NCBI GenBank assembly: GCA_945913255.1
Contig: CAMEDC010000004.1
Coordinates: 24,520 to 88,519, forward strand
DNA length: 64,000 nucleotides
From: an uncultured Lachnospiraceae bacterium
GTDB lineage: Bacteria; Bacillota; Clostridia; Lachnospirales; Lachnospiraceae
Direction of reading: 5' to 3'
A model generated the notes under the pieces. It had not been told where the DNA came from. It searched no databases and saw nothing but the letters and a program-made list of their open reading frames with translations. Positions 35,126 to 42,672 of this stretch are shown piece after piece. The stretch's first letter is position 1, and each line of letters begins with the position of its first letter. A program made the translations under genes and the position numbers.

Positions 35126-36823
35126 TTACTCTACATACCCGAAGCCCAGGATGGTAAATTCTTTGTCCTCATCTCCGGGTCTCATGGCAATTTCCACATG
35201 ATGCCGTTTTTTCTCAAGTCCTCTGAAACAAATCAGGGCATTACAGTGATTCCACCCAACTTCATGGGGGTCAAAGGTTCTCGTCTTTTCACCGTCCACA
35301 AACACCTCTGCGCACCCCACCGCAGGGGAACCGGAGTCCTTTTCCACAATCAGAAGTGCACTGCAGGTAAGTTCCATCACAAAGGGTCTGTCACCCTTCA
35401 CATGCATCCAGTTTTCCGTAAACTCCGGTGTGCAGAAGGAGTTTCTGTCACGCTCCACCGACTGCAAATTCGTATCTTTTTCAGAGAAATCACCGCAGTC
35501 AATGAAAATATCTTCCCTCACACAGCTTCTGTCAAAGACCTGTAAATCTGTGAATTCATCTCCGTAGGGTGCCTTGATCTTTCGAATATCCGGTTCCTCC
35601 TCATCCGGTTTGTCACTATCAAGAGTCCGGAACAGATGAACCAGACAATCTGCCATCACACGGTGTCCGTTCGTGTTCGGATGATAAATATCATAAAAGA
35701 ACTGCCCCTTGCTGATGACGCGTCCCTGTCCGGGCTTCTGATAAAACTGCTCAACTACACAATCCTTTATACTTACCATGGGAAGATTGTATGCTTCTCC
35801 TACCTTGCGCAGCCGATCCTGCAGATTCATATCATTGGTAAAAACAGAAAACAGCAATACCACTGCCGGTTTCTTCTCTTCCTGAAGCATTCTGCGAACC
35901 AGGCAGTCGTAGCTCTCTCCCCCGGTCTCGTCCCCTTCGTCATTTACGGCAAATTCCACAATGCACACATCCGGTATCACAGTACCTTCCTGACACACTT
36001 CTTTTTTGTATCTGACCATGCCGAGTTCGGAAGAAGTTCCTCCCACACCAGCCTTGACATAATGTATATTCTCGTCTGTTCCTTTTCCCGCCAGTGCACA
36101 GAATCCCTCGAACGCCTTATAAGCATAACACATGGTATTGATAGGAATTGCCCACGCTCCCTGCGTAATGGAGCCGCCGATAAAAGCAACCGTTACATCC
36201 TCTCCGCGTCTTGCTTTCTCAAGTGCTCTTTTCAGGCGCAAATTATTTCCTTTCTGCATCAGAGACTTTTCCAGCATTTTTTCATATTCGGGACAGTCAA
36301 AATTTACCTCACCGTCTTCCTCAGGTTCCGGTGCATCAAACCCATCCTGGAGATACAGTCTGACGGAAACTACCGCAAGGCTGTCTGCCTTCTGAAATTC
36401 AAACCGCATCTGCCCCGGTACTGCGTCAGCATCCTTCCACTCAATATCGGAAAGCTTCACCATATATTCCATACCGTCAGCCCGAATCGGTACACGATGG
36501 CAGGTTCCGGGGATTCCCTCCATCCTGCCGTACATCTGCAGGACAAAGTCCACGGTTTCCTTGGGATTTTCGCTCTCTACGGATACCCCGATGGAATAAA
36601 CCAGTTTGCGGAAACCGGACGCACTCGTCAGCAGTTCCAGTATCTGCTCATCCGAAATTGCTCCCGTAATTCTGGCAAAGCTGCTCAATCTGCCGTCATT
36701 CAGATAAATGGTCTGCACGCCTGTTCCATCCGGCTGCGGAGAACCAGCCACCTGCTTTTTTCTCATAATATAAAAACTTTTCCTCTTTTCTTCCGGGTCC
36801 CTTGGTGCCTTTGGTCCAATCAT
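35126..36823 (-). CDS. SGNH/GDSL-family hydrolase (carbohydrate esterase-like) with N-terminal extra domain
   Basis: The ORF extends to 36841 (GTG), but GGGAGG precedes the ATG at 36823. SGNH blocks: VAFIGGSITQG (block I), VEFAVNDE (block III), DIYHPNTNGH (block V). Confidence 0.8.
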   Translation of the reverse strand: MIGPKAPRDPEEKRKSFYIMRKKQVAGSPQPDGTGVQTIYLNDGRLSSFARITGAISDEQILELLTSASGFRKLVYSIGVSVESENPKETVDFVLQMYGRMEGIPGTCHRVPIRADGMEYMVKLSDIEWKDADAVPGQMRFEFQKADSLAVVSVRLYLQDGFDAPEPEEDGEVNFDCPEYEKMLEKSLMQKGNNLRLKRALEKARRGEDVTVAFIGGSITQGAWAIPINTMCYAYKAFEGFCALAGKGTDENIHYVKAGVGGTSSELGMVRYKKEVCQEGTVIPDVCIVEFAVNDEGDETGGESYDCLVRRMLQEEKKPAVVLLFSVFTNDMNLQDRLRKVGEAYNLPMVSIKDCVVEQFYQKPGQGRVISKGQFFYDIYHPNTNGHRVMADCLVHLFRTLDSDKPDEEEPDIRKIKAPYGDEFTDLQVFDRSCVREDIFIDCGDFSEKDTNLQSVERDRNSFCTPEFTENWMHVKGDRPFVMELTCSALLIVEKDSGSPAVGCAEVFVDGEKTRTFDPHEVGWNHCNALICFRGLEKKRHHVEIAMRPGDEDKEFTILGFGYVE

Positions 36824-37127
36824 CACTGCAATACCTCCCACCTGTTCTATTCTGCCACACCAGTACGAAACAACAACTTCAGTTTAACTCACTTTGTTTC
36901 TCCGAATCTTCCTAAAACTTGTGGATTCCTTTGCAATTATTGCTAATTGAATGTTGTACACCAAAGTGGCATGGTGTATAAGTTCTATTCTGGTACTTTT
37001 TATCGTGCCAGTTTTGCTATACACTGTCACTAACGCTGACACAAAAGACAACAGCGCTGTTCCACAACGGAAGGAATGAAATATACTTTTCTGTGGAAAT
37101 ATGAAAATGAAAAAGAGGAGAATCATT

Positions 37128-38060
37128 ATGGAAAAGAAAAAAAGCTATGGCCTATTGATTGTAGGCGCAATCTTATTAATCGCAGGTGTTATTTTTTCAG
37201 TATATGCGTATAACACCAGCTATCAGGAGTCTGTTGCCATTGGCACAAAGCTCACTGAAGTGAAAGAACAGGTGAAAGCCGTTGAGGGCGATACCGCTAC
37301 CGGTGACCTGGAAGCCTTAAAAGCACAACAATCTGATTTATCCGCTGATAAGCTCTCCCATGAGCGTCCCTATTCCTATGGTCTGACGATTGTCTTTCTT
37401 GCCATTCTGCTGACTGCAAAGGGAATCTACAATGCAGTTGTGGGTGTTTACAAAGAATCAAAAACCGATATCACACGTCTGGCACAGGCAGGTCTTTTAG
37501 CTGCTCTCTGCTATATTGGTTTTGCTTTCTTTAAAATTGATATTCCCGTGGGTACCGAAAAAACCGCTTTCCACTTCGGAAATGTCTTCTGCGTACTGGC
37601 TGCCCTTCTTCTTGGCGGTTACTGGGGAGGTCTTGCCGGTGCCATCGGCATGACAATCGGCGATCTGACAACCTCCTATGTCACCAGCGCTCCCAAGACC
37701 TTTTTGCTGAAGCTGTGCATTGGCCTGATTGTCGGATTTGTGGCTCACAAAATTTTCAAACTCAGCCGTGACCACTCCGCCAAATATGTAACAGGTGTTA
37801 CGATTCTTTCCTGTGTCTGCGGGATGGCTTTCAACATTGTTGCTGATCCTCTTGTAGGATACTTCTACAAAATGTATCTTCTGGGCGTGCCTCAGGATTT
37901 GTCGAAAGCACTGGCAAAAATCAGTGCACTCACTACAAGCGTCAACGCCGTTGTTGCCGTAATCGCAGCATCCATCTTCTATCTGGCTCTTCGTCCCGCT
38001 TTAAAGAAAGCCGGGTTATTTGTAAATGTGACATCTGCTCCCGAGGCAAAACAGGATTAA
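37128..38060 (+). CDS. ECF-transporter S-component-like membrane protein (putative vitamin B6 uptake) with N-terminal 2-TM extension
   Basis: AGAGGAGA precedes the ATG at 37128. The C-terminal ~190 aa has a 6-TM S-component-like pattern (FHFGNVFCVLAALLLGGYWGGLAGAIGMTIGDL). It lies immediately upstream of pdxK. The N-terminal ~120 aa add two TM helices and a coiled loop. Confidence 0.6.
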   Translation: MEKKKSYGLLIVGAILLIAGVIFSVYAYNTSYQESVAIGTKLTEVKEQVKAVEGDTATGDLEALKAQQSDLSADKLSHERPYSYGLTIVFLAILLTAKGIYNAVVGVYKESKTDITRLAQAGLLAALCYIGFAFFKIDIPVGTEKTAFHFGNVFCVLAALLLGGYWGGLAGAIGMTIGDLTTSYVTSAPKTFLLKLCIGLIVGFVAHKIFKLSRDHSAKYVTGVTILSCVCGMAFNIVADPLVGYFYKMYLLGVPQDLSKALAKISALTTSVNAVVAVIAASIFYLALRPALKKAGLFVNVTSAPEAKQD

Positions 38061-38090
38061 ACTGAAGGAAAACCATCAAGCGAGGAAATT

Positions 38091-38939
38091 ATGCATCAGA
38101 TTCAGACTTCAAATACAAGGCGGGGGAATATCCCCCGCCTTGCCATGATTAACGATATTGCCGGATTCGGCCGCTGCTCCACCACGGTCTCTCTGCCGGT
38201 CATCAGTACTCTCGGGGTTCAGGTGTGCCCTGTTCCCACTTCCATCCTCTCCAATCATCTCGGCTTCCCACTCTGCCATTTTGACGACTATACGCCGCAT
38301 ATGCGGGATTATATCAATGTATGGAAGCAGCTGGGGATTTCTTTTGACGGTTTGTACTGCGGATTTCTGGGAAGCGTTGAACAACTTTCTATCGTAGAAG
38401 AATTTCTGACTCTGTTTCAGCCTGGTCTGTTTCTGCTGGATCCTGTCATGGGCGACCACGGGAAAACCTATTCCACTGTGACAGAAGCACACTGCAAGGG
38501 TCTGAAAGCACTGGCAGCAAAAGCAGATATTCTGACACCGAATCTCACGGAAGCCTGCCTTCTGACAGATACTACCTATCAGGACAGCTGGACGGTGGAA
38601 GAACTGGACTGTCTTTTACGTAAACTGACTGCACTCTGCCCCGGAAGTAAGATTGTTATCACCGGAATTTTACAGGGGGAATCTTTTTTGAATCTGATTT
38701 CAGACAATGAAAAAAAGACCACCTGCCAGACTCCCCGGACAGGTGCTTCCCGCCCGGGTACAGGTGATCTTTTCGCCTCTATTCTGGCTGCCGATGCCTT
38801 ATGCGGCAGAAATTTCTCATCCTCCGTCAGACATGCTTCTGATTTTGTTGCACTCTGCATTCAAAACAGCGAAGAAGCCGGCACTCCCATTCAGGAGGGC
38901 GTTCTCTTTGAAAACTGTCTGCGGGAACTTATTCTGTAA
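38091..38939 (+). CDS. pdxK: Pyridoxal/pyridoxamine kinase
   Basis: 282 aa, ribokinase-like fold. N-terminal IPRLAMINDIAGFGRCSTTVSLPVIS and anion-hole motif GTGDLFAS. Confidence 0.85.
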   Translation: MHQIQTSNTRRGNIPRLAMINDIAGFGRCSTTVSLPVISTLGVQVCPVPTSILSNHLGFPLCHFDDYTPHMRDYINVWKQLGISFDGLYCGFLGSVEQLSIVEEFLTLFQPGLFLLDPVMGDHGKTYSTVTEAHCKGLKALAAKADILTPNLTEACLLTDTTYQDSWTVEELDCLLRKLTALCPGSKIVITGILQGESFLNLISDNEKKTTCQTPRTGASRPGTGDLFASILAADALCGRNFSSSVRHASDFVALCIQNSEEAGTPIQEGVLFENCLRELIL

Positions 38940-39894
38940 ACTCCAGACTGATATTTCCCATAGAACCGGTGATATCTATCACTTTATCCGCATCGTTGTC
39001 AATGGTTCTCTCACTGGCAAAACCACCATAGCTGTCCTTACCGATGCTGATATTTCCCATGGCTCCTTCCACCTCATAATTAAACTCTTTCTGGCTGCCC
39101 TCGATCTCCATCTCAATATTTCCCATGGCACATTCAATCATGGCCTCCTTCCGAATGTTACCATCCGCAATCAGCTCTCCCATGCCTACCTCAGCCTCCA
39201 GCTTCTCTGCGTCAAACTCCTTCAACTCCATCTGTCCCATGCCAACAGATACGTTCAGACGTTTCGCATAAATGCTGCTTACGGTAATCTTTCCTGCGCC
39301 GGCCGAAAGGTTTGCCTCATCTGCGTACAGATTCTTCAGTTTCATGCTGCCTGCGCCAAGTTCAATATCCACCTTTTGAAACTCTTTCCCTTCCGGAATA
39401 TAAAATGTAATCACACATTCTCCAATGTCGTTTAAACGCCGCGAAGACGGGGTCTCGAGTACATAAAGCACCTTATCTTCCACATACGCCTGAAATTTTC
39501 CGGCCTTTTCCACTTCAATATAAAAGCAGTCATCCCCGGAAGCAACCGTTTCAAAGGTACATCCGCCCACTTCGATATCCAGACTGTCGATATCGTTTCC
39601 AAGGCTGTACTTCTCCACGTTTCCCTTCAGAATATCATATTTATTGTTAAAGCTTATGGCATCTTCAATGACATAATTTGCGTTGCCTATGTTATTTTTC
39701 AGTTCATCGGCAACGGTGACTCCCCAGTCATTCCATCCGTTCAGTTTCACATTTACTTTTCCATTCGTCACATTCTCAACCACTTCATTGATGGCTTCCC
39801 TTCCTTTTATACTGCCCGCCAGGGATGCCAGTACAATACCCAGCACACACATGATCAATGCCGTAATGGCACAGATTTTCATAAATTTTTTCAT
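38929..39894 (-). CDS. DUF4097 ('toastrack') domain membrane-anchored protein
   Basis: 321 aa. N-terminal TM helix, then repetitive beta-strand units ending in G-x-G-x-I/L (GAGSMKL, GAGKITV, GMGQMEL, GMGELIA, AMGNIEM, GSMGNISL). Last gene of the PadR module. Confidence 0.8.
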   Translation of the reverse strand: MKKFMKICAITALIMCVLGIVLASLAGSIKGREAINEVVENVTNGKVNVKLNGWNDWGVTVADELKNNIGNANYVIEDAISFNNKYDILKGNVEKYSLGNDIDSLDIEVGGCTFETVASGDDCFYIEVEKAGKFQAYVEDKVLYVLETPSSRRLNDIGECVITFYIPEGKEFQKVDIELGAGSMKLKNLYADEANLSAGAGKITVSSIYAKRLNVSVGMGQMELKEFDAEKLEAEVGMGELIADGNIRKEAMIECAMGNIEMEIEGSQKEFNYEVEGAMGNISIGKDSYGGFASERTIDNDADKVIDITGSMGNISLEFTE

Positions 39895-39976
39895 GCTTTG
39901 TTCTCCAATCTATGATTCGTTTTCCGCGCTCTCGTTCAAGGCAAATTGCTGCTTTGAACAATCCGGTTTTGTCTCT

Positions 39977-40621
39977 CTATGCTATCGCCTTTTTGTGCGG
40001 GTGAAACAACCAGCAGATTCCCCGGAAAACAGCAGGAGTAACAATTCCCGCCATGGCTACTGTCAACATCAGGAACAATACTCCCAGTCCGCCGCAGATG
40101 AGTCCGCCTCCCATCAGTGCGACACTGACAAGCGGCTCCACCACAAAACACATACAGCCCAAAACCACCAGGAACACAAGAACTGCAAACAAAGCCACTG
40201 CCGCCACGCCAAAACCGAAAATCACTGCAAACCAGGCTACGATCACGCCGAACAGGGTTCCGATGATTCCCAATGCCACCGGTACGATAACAGGCGCTGC
40301 ACACACACACGCCAGGACAATCAATACAATTGCCCATGCAGGCATACCGCTCTTTGAAGTGCTTTTTTCCCTGCTTTCCTCAACCCGGCTCTGCTGTCTT
40401 GTCTCCACTCTTGTCTCCACAATACCGCTCTCAAACAGACCGCTCTTAATATTCTCCGCAACCCTTGCGGGACTCCCCAGCGCACGAATTACCTCCTGCT
40501 CATTCTCCGCTCCCGCGTCGTCGAAATAACTATTGTAATACTGCAGGGCTTCTTCCCTTTCAGTAGGAGAAATACCCTGGAGCAGCCTTTCCAGCTGCCT
40601 CATAAATTCTGCTCTATCCAT
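39977..40621 (-). CDS. DUF1700-family membrane protein (PadR-associated helical sensor)
   Basis: 214 aa. N-terminal helical domain MDRAEFMRQLERLLQGISPTEREEALQYYNSYFDDAG...GSPARVAENI is typical of DUF1700. The C-terminal part is multi-TM. Confidence 0.8.
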   Translation of the reverse strand: MDRAEFMRQLERLLQGISPTEREEALQYYNSYFDDAGAENEQEVIRALGSPARVAENIKSGLFESGIVETRVETRQQSRVEESREKSTSKSGMPAWAIVLIVLACVCAAPVIVPVALGIIGTLFGVIVAWFAVIFGFGVAAVALFAVLVFLVVLGCMCFVVEPLVSVALMGGGLICGGLGVLFLMLTVAMAGIVTPAVFRGICWLFHPHKKAIA

Positions 40622-40651
40622 GTGATTCCTTCGCTTTCCTTTCCCTCATTC

Positions 40652-40984
40652 TCAAATAACCTGTTTCTCTTTTTGGCCTTCAAACAACCCTGTTATCTTT
40701 TCTGAATACTGTCGCCACTCATGTTCATACATGCTAAGCTGTACCGTTCCTCTCTCGGTAAGCTTATAGTAACGTCTGTTTCTTCCGGCGCATTCCCTGT
40801 CATAGACTTCCAGGCATTCATCCTTCTGCAGCCTTCTCAGCACAGGGTAAAGCGTTGATTCCGACAACTCGATTACCTGTCGGACGTCCTGTGTAATTTT
40901 ATACCCATAGGTTCCCTCCGGTTCCTTTGCAACAACCGCCAGAACAATAGCATCCAGAAGAGCTGCTCCTGTATTAAAAACCAT
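40652..40984 (-). CDS. PadR-family transcriptional regulator
   Basis: 110 aa winged-helix protein (YGYKITQDVRQVIELSESTLYPVLRRLQKDECLEVYD). AAGGGAG RBS. Confidence 0.9.
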   Translation of the reverse strand: MVFNTGAALLDAIVLAVVAKEPEGTYGYKITQDVRQVIELSESTLYPVLRRLQKDECLEVYDRECAGRNRRYYKLTERGTVQLSMYEHEWRQYSEKITGLFEGQKEKQVI

Positions 40985-41007
40985 GCAATCGCTCCCTTCT
41001 TCCTATA

Positions 41008-41071
41008 ATATTATACGGCGTATAATATCATTTGTTGTAGATACTATACGCCATATAATATTGTATGTCAA
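41008..41071 (-). promoter_or_regulatory. Promoter with two palindromic operators for the PadR-DUF1700-DUF4097 operon
   Basis: Minus strand TTGACA (41066-41071), 17 nt, TATAGT (41043-41048). Near-palindrome CATATAATATTGTATG (41052-41067) sits in the spacer. Perfect inverted repeat ATATTATAC-GGC-GTATAATAT (41008-41028) sits just downstream of the -10. Confidence 0.55.
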
Positions 41072-41161
41072 TATATTATTTGTCTTTTATCAATCTTTTT
41101 ACAAAATTTCCGTTTTTCTGACATGCCTTTTCTGCTGCCGGAGCATTTTTCCCATCGCGGC

Positions 41162-42475
41162 TCAGCACTCTGTTTTCCAGAAGAAGGCACTATAGGCAGG
41201 CAGAACAGAACCACCGCCGAAATCATGCTTTTCACCTGTGATCAAGTCTGTCGCCGTACCGCATCCCGCATCGAAATGTGCCGTAAAGTCGGAAGCGTCC
41301 GCATTGACTGCCACAAGCACTCTCTCATGCTCCGATTTTCTCTCGAATATGCACTGCCTGTTTGTCAGAAGTACCGAACGAAAAGCACCGTAGTTTAATG
41401 CCTCGGAAGCTTTCTTTGCAGTACTCAATGCCGCAATCCAGTCCGTCAGTTCATTCCACTTCGGACTTTCAAAGCAGGGACGCAGAGCCGGATCTCCCTG
41501 ACCTTTCTCTGCCTTCTCTCCCCATTCACTTCCGTAATAGATGCAGGGAATACCGGGTATGCCAAAAGCAAGTGCATATATCAGCGGAAGATGCTTTTCA
41601 TTGGCAAGAATGCTCGCCACTCTGGTTACATCATGATTATCCACAAAGGACAGCAGGTGCTTTCCTTTATATAATGTCCAGTTTTCAGGTCCGAACTGCC
41701 GCATCAGCGAGTGATTGATTTCAAATAGATTCATACTGTTAAAACTGCTGTACAAACCCTTGTAGCACTCATAATTGGTGGCGGAATGCAGCATGTTGTC
41801 ATTCATCAGGCGGTTGTAATCCCCGTGCAGCATCTCTCCCAACAGGAAGAAATCTTCCTTCAGTCCCTCCGTAAAGCCGCGAAGTCTGCGCACGAAATCC
41901 TCATCCAGACTATACGCCACATCCAGGCGAAGACCGTCTATATCAAAGGCTTCCACCCAATATTTTACACTCTCCAACAGGTATTTCACTACTTCTTCAT
42001 TGCGAAGATTCAGCTTCACAAGATCATAATTTCCTTCCCATCCTTCATACCACAAGCCGTCATTATAGTTGGAATTGCCATCAAAGGCAATGCGGTAAAA
42101 CCAGTTGACGTACGGAGAATTTTCTCTGTTCCTTAATACATCCTGAAAAGGTCCGAACCCTCTTCCCACGTGATTGAATACACCATCCAGCACAACACGA
42201 ATTCCGTTCTCATGCAAAGCTTTACACACCTGTGCAAAATCCTCATTGGTTCCGAGCCTTACATCCACATTCCGGTAATCCCTTGTGTTATAGCCATGGG
42301 TGTCCGATTCGAACAACGGTGAAAAATACACTGCGTTCACTCCCAGCTTACGCATATGCGGAATCCAGTCCATCACCTTCAAAATCCTGTGCTCAGGCTT
42401 CCCGTCGTTTTCAAAGGGTGCCCCACAGAATCCCAGCGGATAAATCTGATAAAATACACTTTCATATGCCCACAT
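41162..42475 (-). CDS. GH13 alpha-amylase-family glycosidase (cytoplasmic)
   Basis: 437 aa with no signal peptide. GH13 conserved regions: DGVFNHVG, DGLRLDVA, LLGEMLHGD, FVDNHDV. AGGAGG RBS. Confidence 0.9.
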   Translation of the reverse strand: MWAYESVFYQIYPLGFCGAPFENDGKPEHRILKVMDWIPHMRKLGVNAVYFSPLFESDTHGYNTRDYRNVDVRLGTNEDFAQVCKALHENGIRVVLDGVFNHVGRGFGPFQDVLRNRENSPYVNWFYRIAFDGNSNYNDGLWYEGWEGNYDLVKLNLRNEEVVKYLLESVKYWVEAFDIDGLRLDVAYSLDEDFVRRLRGFTEGLKEDFFLLGEMLHGDYNRLMNDNMLHSATNYECYKGLYSSFNSMNLFEINHSLMRQFGPENWTLYKGKHLLSFVDNHDVTRVASILANEKHLPLIYALAFGIPGIPCIYYGSEWGEKAEKGQGDPALRPCFESPKWNELTDWIAALSTAKKASEALNYGAFRSVLLTNRQCIFERKSEHERVLVAVNADASDFTAHFDAGCGTATDLITGEKHDFGGGSVLPAYSAFFWKTEC

Positions 42476-42545
42476 TTTCGTTTCCTCCTGTTTCTTCAGT
42501 CATTGACCAGTTCAGTACCATGAACCTGTTCTTGCATTTTTTCTC

Positions 42546-42655
42546 TGTGGATAAGTTGGATACGCTTGTCGCTTTCTTCGTGGAAAAGCACGAAAAATCC
42601 ACCAAATCCACAGAGTTATCCACATATACACACATGTCATTTTCCCTTTTCCACG
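42546..42655. promoter_or_regulatory. Cluster of six DnaA-box motifs (two perfect)
   Basis: TGTGGATAA at 42546-42554 is the reverse complement of TTATCCACA. TTATCCACA at 42616-42624. 7/9 matches: CGTGGAAAA 42579-42587, AAATCCACC 42595-42603, AAATCCACA 42604-42612, TTTTCCACG 42647-42655. Confidence 0.6.
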
Positions 42656-42672
42656 ATGTCATTTCCTTCAAA

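Noticed and set aside
34496-36946. Plus-strand ORFs of 349 aa (34496-35545) and 436 aa (35636-36946).
   Set aside because: They are antisense to the GH115-like and SGNH hydrolase genes, which have clear catalytic motifs and good RBSs. Their translations are compositionally odd (His/Cys/Phe-rich).
36884-37126. 80-aa minus-strand ORF in the divergent region upstream of the pdxU-like gene.
   Set aside because: It overlaps the plus-strand promoter, operator and RBS region. It has a hydrophobic low-complexity start and no RBS.
42546-42655. Chromosomal replication origin (oriC) as the interpretation of the DnaA-box cluster.
   Set aside because: There is no dnaA, dnaN or other origin-linked gene. 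There is no switch in gene orientation, since both flanks are minus strand, and no obvious AT-rich unwinding element. It is kept as a non-origin DnaA-box cluster instead.
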